This document shows positions 34,662-44,390 of a DNA stretch of 44,602 nt, piece by piece. Source of the stretch: Flavobacteriales bacterium (GTDB lineage Bacteria > Bacteroidota > Bacteroidia > NORP154); the NCBI GenBank assembly GCA_012966015.1, contig DTRI01000023.1, positions 1 through 44,602 on the forward strand, in the 5' to 3' direction. A program made the position numbers and the translations under genes. How positions within the stretch are numbered: the first letter of the stretch is position 1; every line of letters begins with the position of its first letter. A model generated the notes under the pieces. It worked only from the letters and a program-made list of their open reading frames with translations. It ran no database searches and was not told the origin of the DNA.

Positions 34662-35072
34662 ATGAAAAATAAAATAACTGCAAGTTTCGGCTTTCTGCTA
34701 TTTACCGGTGTATTTATGTGTGCTTACGGCCAAAGCCCAAAAGAAGTAAACCGGGATAAAGTTAAAGCCACTGGTAAGGCGCAGTCTACCCAGATCACCA
34801 GGGAGAAGCCCCTGACACAAATTAACCTGCAATCTGCTCAGGAAAAGGTAATAACGGGCACAAAGCCTGAATTAGATGAGGTTGGGGCTAATGAAGTTCA
34901 AGGAACTTTTAAAAAACGAAGTGTCGAAAATCACACATTCATTGACAATAATTTAGACAGTCAAAATGACATTAAAGGAGAAGAACGGTCGGTTAAAGTA
35001 GCAAATTCGGCTACCACTGTTACATATCAAAGCAGGGTCATTACGAAAGAAAAATCTCTTAAAGATAAGTAG
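34662..35072 (+). CDS. Secreted hydrophilic low-complexity protein, hypothetical
   Basis: A signal peptide is present (FGFLLFTGVFMCAYGQ). The remainder is K/E/Q/T-rich. This is the first gene of a tightly packed same-strand cluster. Confidence 0.55.
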   Translation: MKNKITASFGFLLFTGVFMCAYGQSPKEVNRDKVKATGKAQSTQITREKPLTQINLQSAQEKVITGTKPELDEVGANEVQGTFKKRSVENHTFIDNNLDSQNDIKGEERSVKVANSATTVTYQSRVITKEKSLKDK

Positions 35073-35084
35073 ACCTTACTATCC

Positions 35085-35663
35085 ATGAATTTTATAAAAA
35101 TACATATCAAATCTATTTTACTGTGCACCTTTTTATTGGTGTCGGGAAATCTTGTACATGCCCAGCTATACCCAGTGCCCCTGGCACAGAGAGTGTCAAA
35201 TGCACAAGTGATTATTGAAGGTATTGTAATAAGTCATGTTTCTTTTTGGGATGATCAACATCACAATATATATACCTCAAATATTATCGAAGTTTACAAA
35301 GTATTCAAAGGTAGTCTCAGTGCTGCTAAAGTGGAGATAATTACCGAGGGCGGCAAAGTAGGGAACGAGATGCAAACAGTAACTCATTCATTAAAGTTAA
35401 AAATTGGTGATGTGGGAATCTTTACCTGCAACGCAAACAACATCAATAAAGCGGACGATACCATTAATCAGGGTTACGCAAGCTTTCGCACTTATGCGGA
35501 CTTACAGGGATTCCTGGTCTATGACATAACTAAAATGTCTGCAACGGATCCCTTTAATAGTTATTCTGACGTAAAGACTAATTTGTATCCGGCCATCACC
35601 GGCCTGACCAATGAACAGGTTCGAACAATAAAGGAAGTCAACCTCTATCAAAAAGCAAAATAG
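35085..35663 (+). CDS. Secreted hypothetical protein (192 aa)
   Basis: A signal peptide is present (LLCTFLLVSGNLVHAQ). The gene lies 12 nt after the previous gene and 6 nt before the metzincin gene. I recognised no motif. Confidence 0.6.
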   Translation: MNFIKIHIKSILLCTFLLVSGNLVHAQLYPVPLAQRVSNAQVIIEGIVISHVSFWDDQHHNIYTSNIIEVYKVFKGSLSAAKVEIITEGGKVGNEMQTVTHSLKLKIGDVGIFTCNANNINKADDTINQGYASFRTYADLQGFLVYDITKMSATDPFNSYSDVKTNLYPAITGLTNEQVRTIKEVNLYQKAK

Positions 35664-35669
35664 CATGGG

Positions 35670-38600
35670 ATGATAAGTTCGGCTAAAAATAATGGGTTTC
35701 TCTCATTGGCTATGCTGCTGGTCTGTGCCACTATTGGATTAGCTCAACCCACCATCACAGGAATTTCTACTACTACTATTTCCGCTGGAACTAAATCCGT
35801 ATTAAATATTACAGGAACTAACTTCGGTACTGGAGGCCCAGGTGCTTCGAAGTATGTAGAGTTTAAAAATGCAGATGACGGAGGTACCACCTGGATACAG
35901 CCAATTCCTTCTGAATATGTTTCATGGAACAATACCAGTATTCAGGTACAGGTTCCCTCTGGCGCAGGAACCGGAAGCGGAGCTGGAAGCGTCAGGGTAA
36001 CAAATGGAACAAGCAATACCTGGACCACCTCCATATTGACAGTAACATACAATTACTTAAATGTAACTTCTGGTAATGTAACCTATGAACCAGATCATAT
36101 TGATGACGACGGCAGTGGTGGTTATACCTGGCAGATGTTTACCGACTTTGATGCTGCTGCTCTTGCCAAGGCATCTTTCCAGAGAGCCTTAGAAACATGG
36201 AGATGCAACACTTATGTCAATTGGGATATAGGCAGCGTAACTACAGTTGATGTCATAGCGAGCGACGGAATTAATGTAGTTAGGATGGATAACGGAAGTG
36301 AGCTTCCTGCTGGCGTATTAGGACGCTGCACGAGCCGTTGGACGGCTTGTAACAGCGGAGGCTGGGAATGGTGGGTGTATGAACTGGATATTGCTTTTGA
36401 TGACGGCACTAATTGGCAATATGGCCCTGCAGGACCAGGTGGTGCCCAATACGATTTTGAATCTGTAGCAGTGCATGAATTGGGGCATGGACACCAGCTA
36501 GGACATGTTATTGCATCTGGAGGTGATGTAATGCATTACGCGATAGCTAATGGCGTAAGTCAGCGCGCTCTTACGGCCAATAACATTACAGGTGGTAACG
36601 ATGTAATGACTAACAGCACTGCAGCGAACAGTTGTCCAGAGGACCCTATGACTTTACTGACTGCGGGAAATTGCGCCTTGGCTTGTGTAGGCAATGAGCC
36701 GGGAAACGATGCTATCTGCAGTGTGACCGCATTGGTACTCGCAGTTTGCGCGACTGGACAAACCAATACTTGTGCTACAGATCAGGGATATGCATTTGGC
36801 TGTGGTACTGGAATAAAATCGGTCTGGTATACTGCTTCTGTTACTGGTGGCAATGACCAGCTTGATATCACATTTGCCAACACAACTTTTGGAACGGACA
36901 TAGAAGTCTACTTATACAATGGCGCTTGTGGCGGACCTGTAGCAATTAGTTCTGTATGTGGCCCTGCATCTAACACATTCTCCTTTACCGGTGTATCAGC
37001 AGGTGGATCGCCTTATTTAATAGGCGTGGGGACAGGATCTACTGGCGTTGGCGATTTCGATATTTGCGTTAATCAAGCGACTACCCCGTGTGGTGGTGGC
37101 CCACCAACCAACGATGCTATATGTAGCGCAACTGTATTACCTAACGGTGGGTGCTTCCCAATCCTTGCGGAGAACAATACTTGCGCATTAGCTGATAACA
37201 CTTTTGGATGTGCAACTTCAGATAAAACACTCTGGTACAGCGTAACCATGGCAGGTGCCAATGACGACTTAGTCATTACTTTTGCCAATTCAACATTGGG
37301 TGGAGATGTTCATGTGGCCATATATAGTGGTGTTTGTGGATCTCCTACCGGAGTATACTCTTCTTGCGGTCCAGCGGCCGGCAATTTTTGGTTTTATCCG
37401 CTTACACCGTTAAGCACATACTTAGTTAGCGTATCTACGGATGCGGCTGACGTTGGCCTTTACGATATCTGCGGTACGCAATCTGTTAGCCCGTGCACCG
37501 GAAAAGAACCTGGCAATGACGAGTGTTCTGCCCCAACAACTCTTCCTGTGGATAATACTTGTGTAACTAACCAGACCAATCAATGTTCAACTGAGGATTA
37601 TACCTTTGGATGCTCAACGGACAGATATACAGTATGGTATCAGTTTACATTGGGCGCTTCGGCCAGTGTGCTCGATGTAACATTTCCGGTGAACACATTT
37701 GGTGATACTGTTGAAGTAGCGGTATGGACGAATGTTTGTCCAACTCCGGTTGGAGTTACGGCTTACTGTGCAGCACCAAATGGCACATTTAAATTTACGG
37801 GTTTAACGCCCAGCAGTACATATCTGCTAAGTGTGGCTACGGCAATAGCAGATACGGGCAGTTTCAGTATTTGCGCTCAGGAGGCTGTCGATTGTGGCGT
37901 AAGTCAGCCAGCGATCGACTCGATCTGCGGAGCACTCACGGTGCCAACAAACGTTTGGTGCTTAACTGGCCAGTCCAATCTCTGCGCCACGTCTGAAGGT
38001 TTTGGATCCTATTGCGTCGATTCTTTGGGAGGAGCTACCGTATGGTTTGATTTCTCAATCACCGTACCAAGCAACAGAGTTCAGTTTACGCTACAGAATA
38101 CCACCTGGTCTTCCTCGACGCAAGTGCAAATGCTGATTGCCCAGCTTACTGCTGGATGCCCCGGAGCGATATCTGTAAGCATTCTGTATGGGGTATGTGG
38201 TGCTCCTACCGATACGTTTGATTTTCCCACCAACCTCACGCCGGGCAATACCTATTACCTAATGGTTCAGACCGACACATTGGAAACAGGAGATTTTGAT
38301 ATTTGCGGCCAGGAATACGAGGTACCCCCTGCGACCCTTACAGGACCTGAACAAGATTGTGACGGTGCCATCCCAATTTGTGGGCCCACCTACGTTGAGA
38401 TCAATGCATATTCGGGATTCGGGAATGTGCAGGAGATTACGAATATTTGCTTCGGTTGCCCAAGCTTCAATGGTGGCGAAACAAACTCTGTATGGTACAC
38501 TTGGACGGTGCAAACACCGGGTACAATGTTCTTTGAAATAGTTACTACAGATCTTTATGACTGGGCATTGTATGATATAACTACAATTGGATGCGCTGGA

Positions 38601-40178
38601 ATCCCAACAGTTTCCAGTGGAGATGCGGAAATCCCCAGGTGCGCATTTTCTAATACTGTGGGCAATACGGGAGCCAGCGGACCAGCCGTTTCAAATCCTA
38701 CCCCGACAATAGGTGCATGTCAATTTGACCCTCCTAATGTAGATGGAATTAATGTAGTTGCCGGGCAAGTATTTGCCCTGGAAGTAGACAACTGGTTTGG
38801 AAACAATAACGGTTATATAATAAATATTTGGGGTACTGCGCAGGTTTGGGACAATGTAGCACCAGATATGACCTCTGTTACCTCTTGCGCCACAACTGTC
38901 ATTACTTTAATTTTTGATGAACAGATAAAATGTGATAGCATTACAGCTGGAGAATTTATATTGACCAATATCACAACAGGTACCGACTATTCTTCAGCCA
39001 TTACCGGCATAGCAGGTGTAGGCTGTCCTGGTGGCGGGGGTGGCTACACAAATCAGGTTGATGTAACGCATAGCGGTATATTTCCAGCGGGTACGTATAC
39101 ATTGGGAATTAACTTGGGTGTTATAGAAGACCAGTGTGGAAACAAAGCGATTGTGGGCGATACAATAATGTTTACTTATTTACTACCTCCTATCTTCACC
39201 GCAAGTGCCGATACTATATGTACAGCTGGAGATTCCGTAAGGCTTACTGCTGATATTGGACAAGACATCTATCAAGGTTCTCCTCCTGCGGGATTAACCT
39301 ATACACTAAATCCAGGCGCTGTTGTAAATACTACGGGCATATTTGATGTAAATCCATTAGTTACTACAGTTTATACTATAGAGGTTTCCTTTGGAGGATG
39401 CACTAAATCGGCAAGCGTAACAGTGGAAATTGTGAATAACGTTGTAGCCAGTATTTCCCCCGTAGACCCAACGGTTTGCAGCACACCCACTGCATTGACT
39501 GCATCGGCAACTGTAAACGGAGGCCCTTGTGCTTCATGCATATTTCAATGGGACGATGGTAGTTCACAAACTACATCTGTGGCAACTGGATTGGGAGTTG
39601 GCACTTATTCAGTTACGGTCACTACACCTCAGGGGTGTGAAGCTAACAATGTACCTTCTTCTACCGTATCAATTGCGGGAGGTGGACCAGGGGCGAGTTG
39701 TGACGTTATATATGTATCAGTACTCGGTGGAGGTGATGGTCTGACAAAAAACACTCCTACTGACATTAAAACCGCATTGATTGATGCGGCTTGTACGAAT
39801 ACTGTGATCAAATGTCAGGTGGGTACTTACCCTTTTAATGAATACCTCGATGTAAAAAGTTTTGTAACGATTGAAGGAGGATATAGTTCAGGTGGAAGCC
39901 CGTTTACTACCAAAACCAGTGATCTAACGGGAGGGGGAAATAGCACAACCTTCGTACGTCAAGCGACTACTCCGGATGGAGGAGCCGGGTTAATTTTTTC
40001 CATGTTCAAAGTTAATGGAGGCGAGGTAGATTTTAGATTCCAGGATATTCGAATTGAGATGCCTACAACACATACAGCAGGAACAGAATACTCTAATTAT
40101 GGAATTAATTTAGGTGCTGGTTGTTCGGGATATAGTATTATAAGATGTTATATAGATGCGGGCACGGGAGCTAACTAG
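35670..40178 (+). CDS. Giant (1502 aa) secreted protein: IPT/TIG domain, matrixin-like metzincin protease, 4 Cys-rich modules of about 125 aa, further Ig-like/SprB-like domains and the beginning of a beta-helix; no T9SS C-terminal domain
   Basis: A signal peptide is present, followed by PTITGISTTTISAGTKSVLNITGTNFG (IPT). HELGHGHQLGH (aa 269-279) is HExxHxxxxxH, with a Met-turn GGDVMHY. The repeated modules each end in GDFDIC, LYDIC or SFSIC. The ORF ends ...IIRCYIDAGTGAN* without a PNP-type or CHU_C tail. Confidence 0.85.
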   Translation: MISSAKNNGFLSLAMLLVCATIGLAQPTITGISTTTISAGTKSVLNITGTNFGTGGPGASKYVEFKNADDGGTTWIQPIPSEYVSWNNTSIQVQVPSGAGTGSGAGSVRVTNGTSNTWTTSILTVTYNYLNVTSGNVTYEPDHIDDDGSGGYTWQMFTDFDAAALAKASFQRALETWRCNTYVNWDIGSVTTVDVIASDGINVVRMDNGSELPAGVLGRCTSRWTACNSGGWEWWVYELDIAFDDGTNWQYGPAGPGGAQYDFESVAVHELGHGHQLGHVIASGGDVMHYAIANGVSQRALTANNITGGNDVMTNSTAANSCPEDPMTLLTAGNCALACVGNEPGNDAICSVTALVLAVCATGQTNTCATDQGYAFGCGTGIKSVWYTASVTGGNDQLDITFANTTFGTDIEVYLYNGACGGPVAISSVCGPASNTFSFTGVSAGGSPYLIGVGTGSTGVGDFDICVNQATTPCGGGPPTNDAICSATVLPNGGCFPILAENNTCALADNTFGCATSDKTLWYSVTMAGANDDLVITFANSTLGGDVHVAIYSGVCGSPTGVYSSCGPAAGNFWFYPLTPLSTYLVSVSTDAADVGLYDICGTQSVSPCTGKEPGNDECSAPTTLPVDNTCVTNQTNQCSTEDYTFGCSTDRYTVWYQFTLGASASVLDVTFPVNTFGDTVEVAVWTNVCPTPVGVTAYCAAPNGTFKFTGLTPSSTYLLSVATAIADTGSFSICAQEAVDCGVSQPAIDSICGALTVPTNVWCLTGQSNLCATSEGFGSYCVDSLGGATVWFDFSITVPSNRVQFTLQNTTWSSSTQVQMLIAQLTAGCPGAISVSILYGVCGAPTDTFDFPTNLTPGNTYYLMVQTDTLETGDFDICGQEYEVPPATLTGPEQDCDGAIPICGPTYVEINAYSGFGNVQEITNICFGCPSFNGGETNSVWYTWTVQTPGTMFFEIVTTDLYDWALYDITTIGCAGIPTVSSGDAEIPRCAFSNTVGNTGASGPAVSNPTPTIGACQFDPPNVDGINVVAGQVFALEVDNWFGNNNGYIINIWGTAQVWDNVAPDMTSVTSCATTVITLIFDEQIKCDSITAGEFILTNITTGTDYSSAITGIAGVGCPGGGGGYTNQVDVTHSGIFPAGTYTLGINLGVIEDQCGNKAIVGDTIMFTYLLPPIFTASADTICTAGDSVRLTADIGQDIYQGSPPAGLTYTLNPGAVVNTTGIFDVNPLVTTVYTIEVSFGGCTKSASVTVEIVNNVVASISPVDPTVCSTPTALTASATVNGGPCASCIFQWDDGSSQTTSVATGLGVGTYSVTVTTPQGCEANNVPSSTVSIAGGGPGASCDVIYVSVLGGGDGLTKNTPTDIKTALIDAACTNTVIKCQVGTYPFNEYLDVKSFVTIEGGYSSGGSPFTTKTSDLTGGGNSTTFVRQATTPDGGAGLIFSMFKVNGGEVDFRFQDIRIEMPTTHTAGTEYSNYGINLGAGCSGYSIIRCYIDAGTGAN
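36684..38309 (+). repeat. Four tandem Cys-rich modules of about 125 aa (PPC-like) inside the metzincin gene; two related modules occur at the N-terminus of the next gene
   Basis: Each unit follows the pattern (E)PGND-x-C-x-x-(A/T)-x-x-L ... C-x-T ... FGC ... WY-x-(F/V/A) ... C(G/P)xP ... C(G/A)P ... Y(L)(L/I/M)-x-V ... DIC. Approximate unit boundaries in the translation are aa 339-468, 474-601, 609-736 and 741-880. Confidence 0.75.
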
Positions 40179-40212
40179 ATTTGATATGATTAATAAGAAT
40201 ATACATATACGA

Positions 40213-43200
40213 ATGAAAAGAATAATCTCATACATTATTCTCATTGTGTGTATGCATGGAGGGGTCTCGACGCTATACGGAGCCTCGAGCAATACATGTG
40301 GAACTGCTCCTTTGTTGGTCATGTGCGAAACGAATACAATGAATAAGCCAAATTCTTATAACAATACACTAAATCCTGCCGGATGTAACACGTCAAACCA
40401 GGATGATGCATGGGCAAGATTTGTTGCGACTGGAACAACCACCGGAGTTGCATATTATACAACAAATGACGCAGTTTTGCACATCATGTCGGGGACTTGT
40501 GGGTCACAAGCCTCTGTTGCTTGTGCTGATAATTGGTTAGGCGGTGGTGAAATTCTAACTTTTGCCTCTACAATTGGAGTTACCTATTACGTTTACGTTG
40601 AAAGATGGAATTCCAATGTGCAAATGAGTGGACAAATCAGTGTTTGGCCTATTGCAACTAATGATATTTGTGCTAGTGCAACACCTATCACGGTTAATGG
40701 CGCTTGTATTTCAGATGCCTGTCAGGGGGAAAATGGTGAGGGAGCAGTTTCATGTGGCGGTGCCAATAATTCCAATGCAGCCTCAACGTGGTATAGCTTC
40801 GTCGCTCCAGCAAATGGAAGTGTTGACATTACGGCAACATTAAACCTGTATGGGTATTATGCGCCAATCGTTGTGTATGCCTCGTGTGGCGGGGCTGAAA
40901 TTCAATGTGACTATACTGGAGGGGATCCTTTGGTGGCAAGTGTATCTGGCTTGACTTGTGGAGACACGTACTACGTCGATTTAGCCGTGCCGGTAACTGT
41001 GGCGTATCCGGCAACACCCTGGGAGATTGTCTCTAATTATCAGTTATGCATCACGACAACTGGAGGATTGGGTTGCATCCCTGGCGGGGACGCTTATGGA
41101 GTATATTCAACTAGCGATCCTGTTGTCGGTACGATTACAGATTGTGAAATATATGCGGTTGGGGGTACAGGTGGAAATGGATTTGAAGTAGCAAAAGGCG
41201 CTGGGCCGACGGATGATGGCTATTCCAGTGTCGCAGTAAGCAATTATGCAGTTATCACCGCCGAGAATATTTCCTGTTTGAACTCTGATATGGATTTTAC
41301 AACCGCTGATGGCTCTCCTGTTTGGCCGGCCGGAGCACTTGGCACAAATGCAACAATTGCTGATCCTCCTGATGTGGGTACCGTGAATAATAATCAATAT
41401 TCGGCTACACTGGGTAGAAGAGATATTACGTTTGTAGGTGATGAAGCTTCTGTTTCGATGCCTTCTCAGACGTATTCATCGACCGTTGGTACGGTACTTC
41501 CGAATGGATTTTGTGGAGTTGATGACATTATTGTAGTGGCGGGTTATACGGGGACAGTTGCGACGGCTAACATAACCGTTACGGTAAATACCACCCATAC
41601 CCAAGCAAATGATCTTCTAGTTTTTCTTCAAGCTTCAAATGGAGATATTTTAAACCTGATGTGGCAGACTGGATGGACTGGAGCTGGTTTAACAAATACA
41701 ATCTTTTCAGATGCCGGAGCAACAAAATTACTTGGTCAAAATAATTCACCCTGGACGGCAACTTACCAGGTTGAAGATTTGGGTGATCAACCGGGTTGTG
41801 GTTACACCAGAAACAGAGCAACATTTGGCGCAATTGGTGGAGGAGCTCTTAATCCAAATGGAAATTGGACATTACATGTTTTGGATGCCGTCTTTGGAGG
41901 AAACACCGGTACTTTTGATGATTGGTCTATAACTTTCCCTGCATATACGGTATCTGGCCCAACCAATCAAAGTCATGTTTATACTGGTTTTGTTAACATA
42001 CAAATGGCCAAGCCTTCGCCTGGAGATGTATTAGGTGTTGACAATGTTTGCCCTGGCACCTACAATTTTGCCAGTAGCGAGGCGGGAACTGCAGGTTATA
42101 GTTATCAATGGTCTGTCCTACCTGTAGCAGGTGTCACAATTGCAACGCCAACGGATTCTGCAACAGATATAACCTTTACAAACAGTGTTGATCATACGGT
42201 CAGTCTGGCTATCACGTCAGAATGTTGTGGGCCTTTGGTGCAAATTGACTCGGTGGTCACCATTTTGCCGCTTCCTGCTGTTGATCCGGGGACCGATATA
42301 TCTCTATGCGCCGGCGCGACGGATACTCTGGTGGTTACAACACCGACAGGGGGTTACAGTTATGGGTGGTATGATGCGGCTACGGGCGGAACCTACCTTG
42401 GAGGCGGAACCAGCTATATTGTTAACCCCGTATTGCTTGGGGTTACAACGTATTACCTTGAAACTATTAGCAATACCGGATGTGTAAGTGCCACTCGGGA
42501 CGCAGTTACAATTACGGGAACTGATACACCACCCAGTATAACCGGAAATAACTTCCAGGCATGTAACCCGGGTAATATTACCGTTTGCGTTAATGCCCCG
42601 ATATCCGGGGCCACCTATAGCTGGTGGACTTTAGCTGCAGGTGGGGTGTTGTTGCAATCCAGTACTGCATTTTGTTATGATGTGAATGTGGCCACATCTC
42701 CAGCAACACAGTCGGTGTGGGTTGAAGTTACAGAATCAGGTTGCAATGTAAGTACAACACGAACTGAAGGTATCGCTGAAACTACAGGTGGAGGGTCTAC
42801 TAATACCACATGGAGTGGTGCTGTTGACACTGATTGGTTCGTGGATGGCAACTGGTCGGATTGTGTGCCAACTCCCTTAATTGATGCCATATTCCCTTCA
42901 GGTGCTCTAACGAATGAATGTACGATAGATATAATCAATGACGCGCCAGCTGAATGCAGGAGTATTTCTATTGATGCCGCCCGAACCTTGTCATTTAACG
43001 GCGCACTTACAACCTTGAACGTCTATGGTAATTGGACCAATAATGGAAGCGTTAGTGCCACAACAGGTATTATAGGATTTCTAGGAACTACAGCCCAAAC
43101 TATTGGGGGAACTTCTTCCACCTCATTCTATAACCTGAAGATTGATAACTCTACAGCATTAAGTGCGGTTACTTTGTTATTAAATACTACGGTTACCAAT

Positions 43201-44367
43201 CAACTTACGTTAACGAACGGTGAATTAGTTTCGTCTCTGGCGAATAGGATCACGCTAACTGCAGCAGCGCTAACCTCACCACCACGCGGAAGTGCCACCA
43301 GCTTTGTGAGTACCGTGATGGACAGGGTAGTTACAGCGTCCAGTGGAGAAGTTTATGAGTTCCCGGTTGGTAGTACCATAGATAGTAGATGGAGGCCGGT
43401 CACAATTACAACGACTGATGCGACAGCGCAAACCTGGACTATTGAATATGTTGATACAGATCCTAACGGGTTCGGTATTGTTTATGATTTGACAGATTCT
43501 ATCAGAATGATGAATACCTTTTACTATTACAACATAACACGAGCTACAGCTGTCGGAGCATTAGACGTGAAAATGTGGTACGATGACGCTGAAATGGCAG
43601 CGCTGACTGGCCCAGAAACCAACATGCTTATAGGCCATTGGAATTCGGGTATCACTATGTGGGACGACTGGAACAAAGACGCATTGGTGGATTGGGCCTG
43701 GAGCGGGACCAACAATTGGGTTGAGGTAAAGAATATAAGCGGCTTCAGTCCGGTTGGCCCTGGTAAAGGCGTTACACCTGCTCCCCTACCCATCAAGCTG
43801 CTTTATTTTGATGCAGCATATAATTATCAGACGGAAGATGTAGATCTTACATGGGCTACAGCCTCAGAAGAGCATAATGATTTCTTTACTATTGAAAAAA
43901 GCAGGGATGCTCTTGATTTTGAACTTGTTGTAACAGTTCCTGGGGCACCTGCTGGTAGCAGTAATCAAACATTACAATATACCGCTGTGGATGAAGAGCC
44001 CTATGAAGGGCTTTCCTATTACAGATTGAAGCAAACAGATTATGACGGCCAATATGAATATTCAAAATTAGTAGCGGTAAATGTTTATAAAAATGTCGGG
44101 TTGACTATCAGGCCCAATCCTGCCACCAATTACCTGGAGATCCATATCTCCCAAACGGGAACCAACTCTTTAAGTACAGCAACGTTAGAAAACAGTGCTC
44201 AGATCGAGATATTCAGCTCAGACGGCCAGAACGTTTACAACCAATTGGTTACAGGGGGGCAGAATTCAGAATTTAAAATCGATATCTCTATGCTAAGTCA
44301 GGGTATGTATAACCTGACTTTGTTAAACAATGGCGAATTCTATTCTATAAAATTTATTAAGGAATAA
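40213..44367 (+). CDS. Giant (1384 aa) T9SS cargo: two Cys-rich PPC-like modules, a proprotein-convertase P-domain, Ig-like repeats, and a T9SS type-A CTD
   Basis: I prefer the start at MKRIISYIILIVCMHGGVSTLYG (ATG 40213, signal peptide). The P-domain signature is ANITVTVNTTHTQANDLLVFLQASNGD ... NPNGNWTLHVLDAVFGGNTGTFDDWSITF. The C-terminus is LTIRPNPATNYLEIHIS...YSIKFIKE. Confidence 0.85.
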   Translation: MKRIISYIILIVCMHGGVSTLYGASSNTCGTAPLLVMCETNTMNKPNSYNNTLNPAGCNTSNQDDAWARFVATGTTTGVAYYTTNDAVLHIMSGTCGSQASVACADNWLGGGEILTFASTIGVTYYVYVERWNSNVQMSGQISVWPIATNDICASATPITVNGACISDACQGENGEGAVSCGGANNSNAASTWYSFVAPANGSVDITATLNLYGYYAPIVVYASCGGAEIQCDYTGGDPLVASVSGLTCGDTYYVDLAVPVTVAYPATPWEIVSNYQLCITTTGGLGCIPGGDAYGVYSTSDPVVGTITDCEIYAVGGTGGNGFEVAKGAGPTDDGYSSVAVSNYAVITAENISCLNSDMDFTTADGSPVWPAGALGTNATIADPPDVGTVNNNQYSATLGRRDITFVGDEASVSMPSQTYSSTVGTVLPNGFCGVDDIIVVAGYTGTVATANITVTVNTTHTQANDLLVFLQASNGDILNLMWQTGWTGAGLTNTIFSDAGATKLLGQNNSPWTATYQVEDLGDQPGCGYTRNRATFGAIGGGALNPNGNWTLHVLDAVFGGNTGTFDDWSITFPAYTVSGPTNQSHVYTGFVNIQMAKPSPGDVLGVDNVCPGTYNFASSEAGTAGYSYQWSVLPVAGVTIATPTDSATDITFTNSVDHTVSLAITSECCGPLVQIDSVVTILPLPAVDPGTDISLCAGATDTLVVTTPTGGYSYGWYDAATGGTYLGGGTSYIVNPVLLGVTTYYLETISNTGCVSATRDAVTITGTDTPPSITGNNFQACNPGNITVCVNAPISGATYSWWTLAAGGVLLQSSTAFCYDVNVATSPATQSVWVEVTESGCNVSTTRTEGIAETTGGGSTNTTWSGAVDTDWFVDGNWSDCVPTPLIDAIFPSGALTNECTIDIINDAPAECRSISIDAARTLSFNGALTTLNVYGNWTNNGSVSATTGIIGFLGTTAQTIGGTSSTSFYNLKIDNSTALSAVTLLLNTTVTNQLTLTNGELVSSLANRITLTAAALTSPPRGSATSFVSTVMDRVVTASSGEVYEFPVGSTIDSRWRPVTITTTDATAQTWTIEYVDTDPNGFGIVYDLTDSIRMMNTFYYYNITRATAVGALDVKMWYDDAEMAALTGPETNMLIGHWNSGITMWDDWNKDALVDWAWSGTNNWVEVKNISGFSPVGPGKGVTPAPLPIKLLYFDAAYNYQTEDVDLTWATASEEHNDFFTIEKSRDALDFELVVTVPGAPAGSSNQTLQYTAVDEEPYEGLSYYRLKQTDYDGQYEYSKLVAVNVYKNVGLTIRPNPATNYLEIHISQTGTNSLSTATLENSAQIEIFSSDGQNVYNQLVTGGQNSEFKIDISMLSQGMYNLTLLNNGEFYSIKFIKE

Positions 44368-44390
44368 GAGGAAAACCTTCTCGGCTACAG

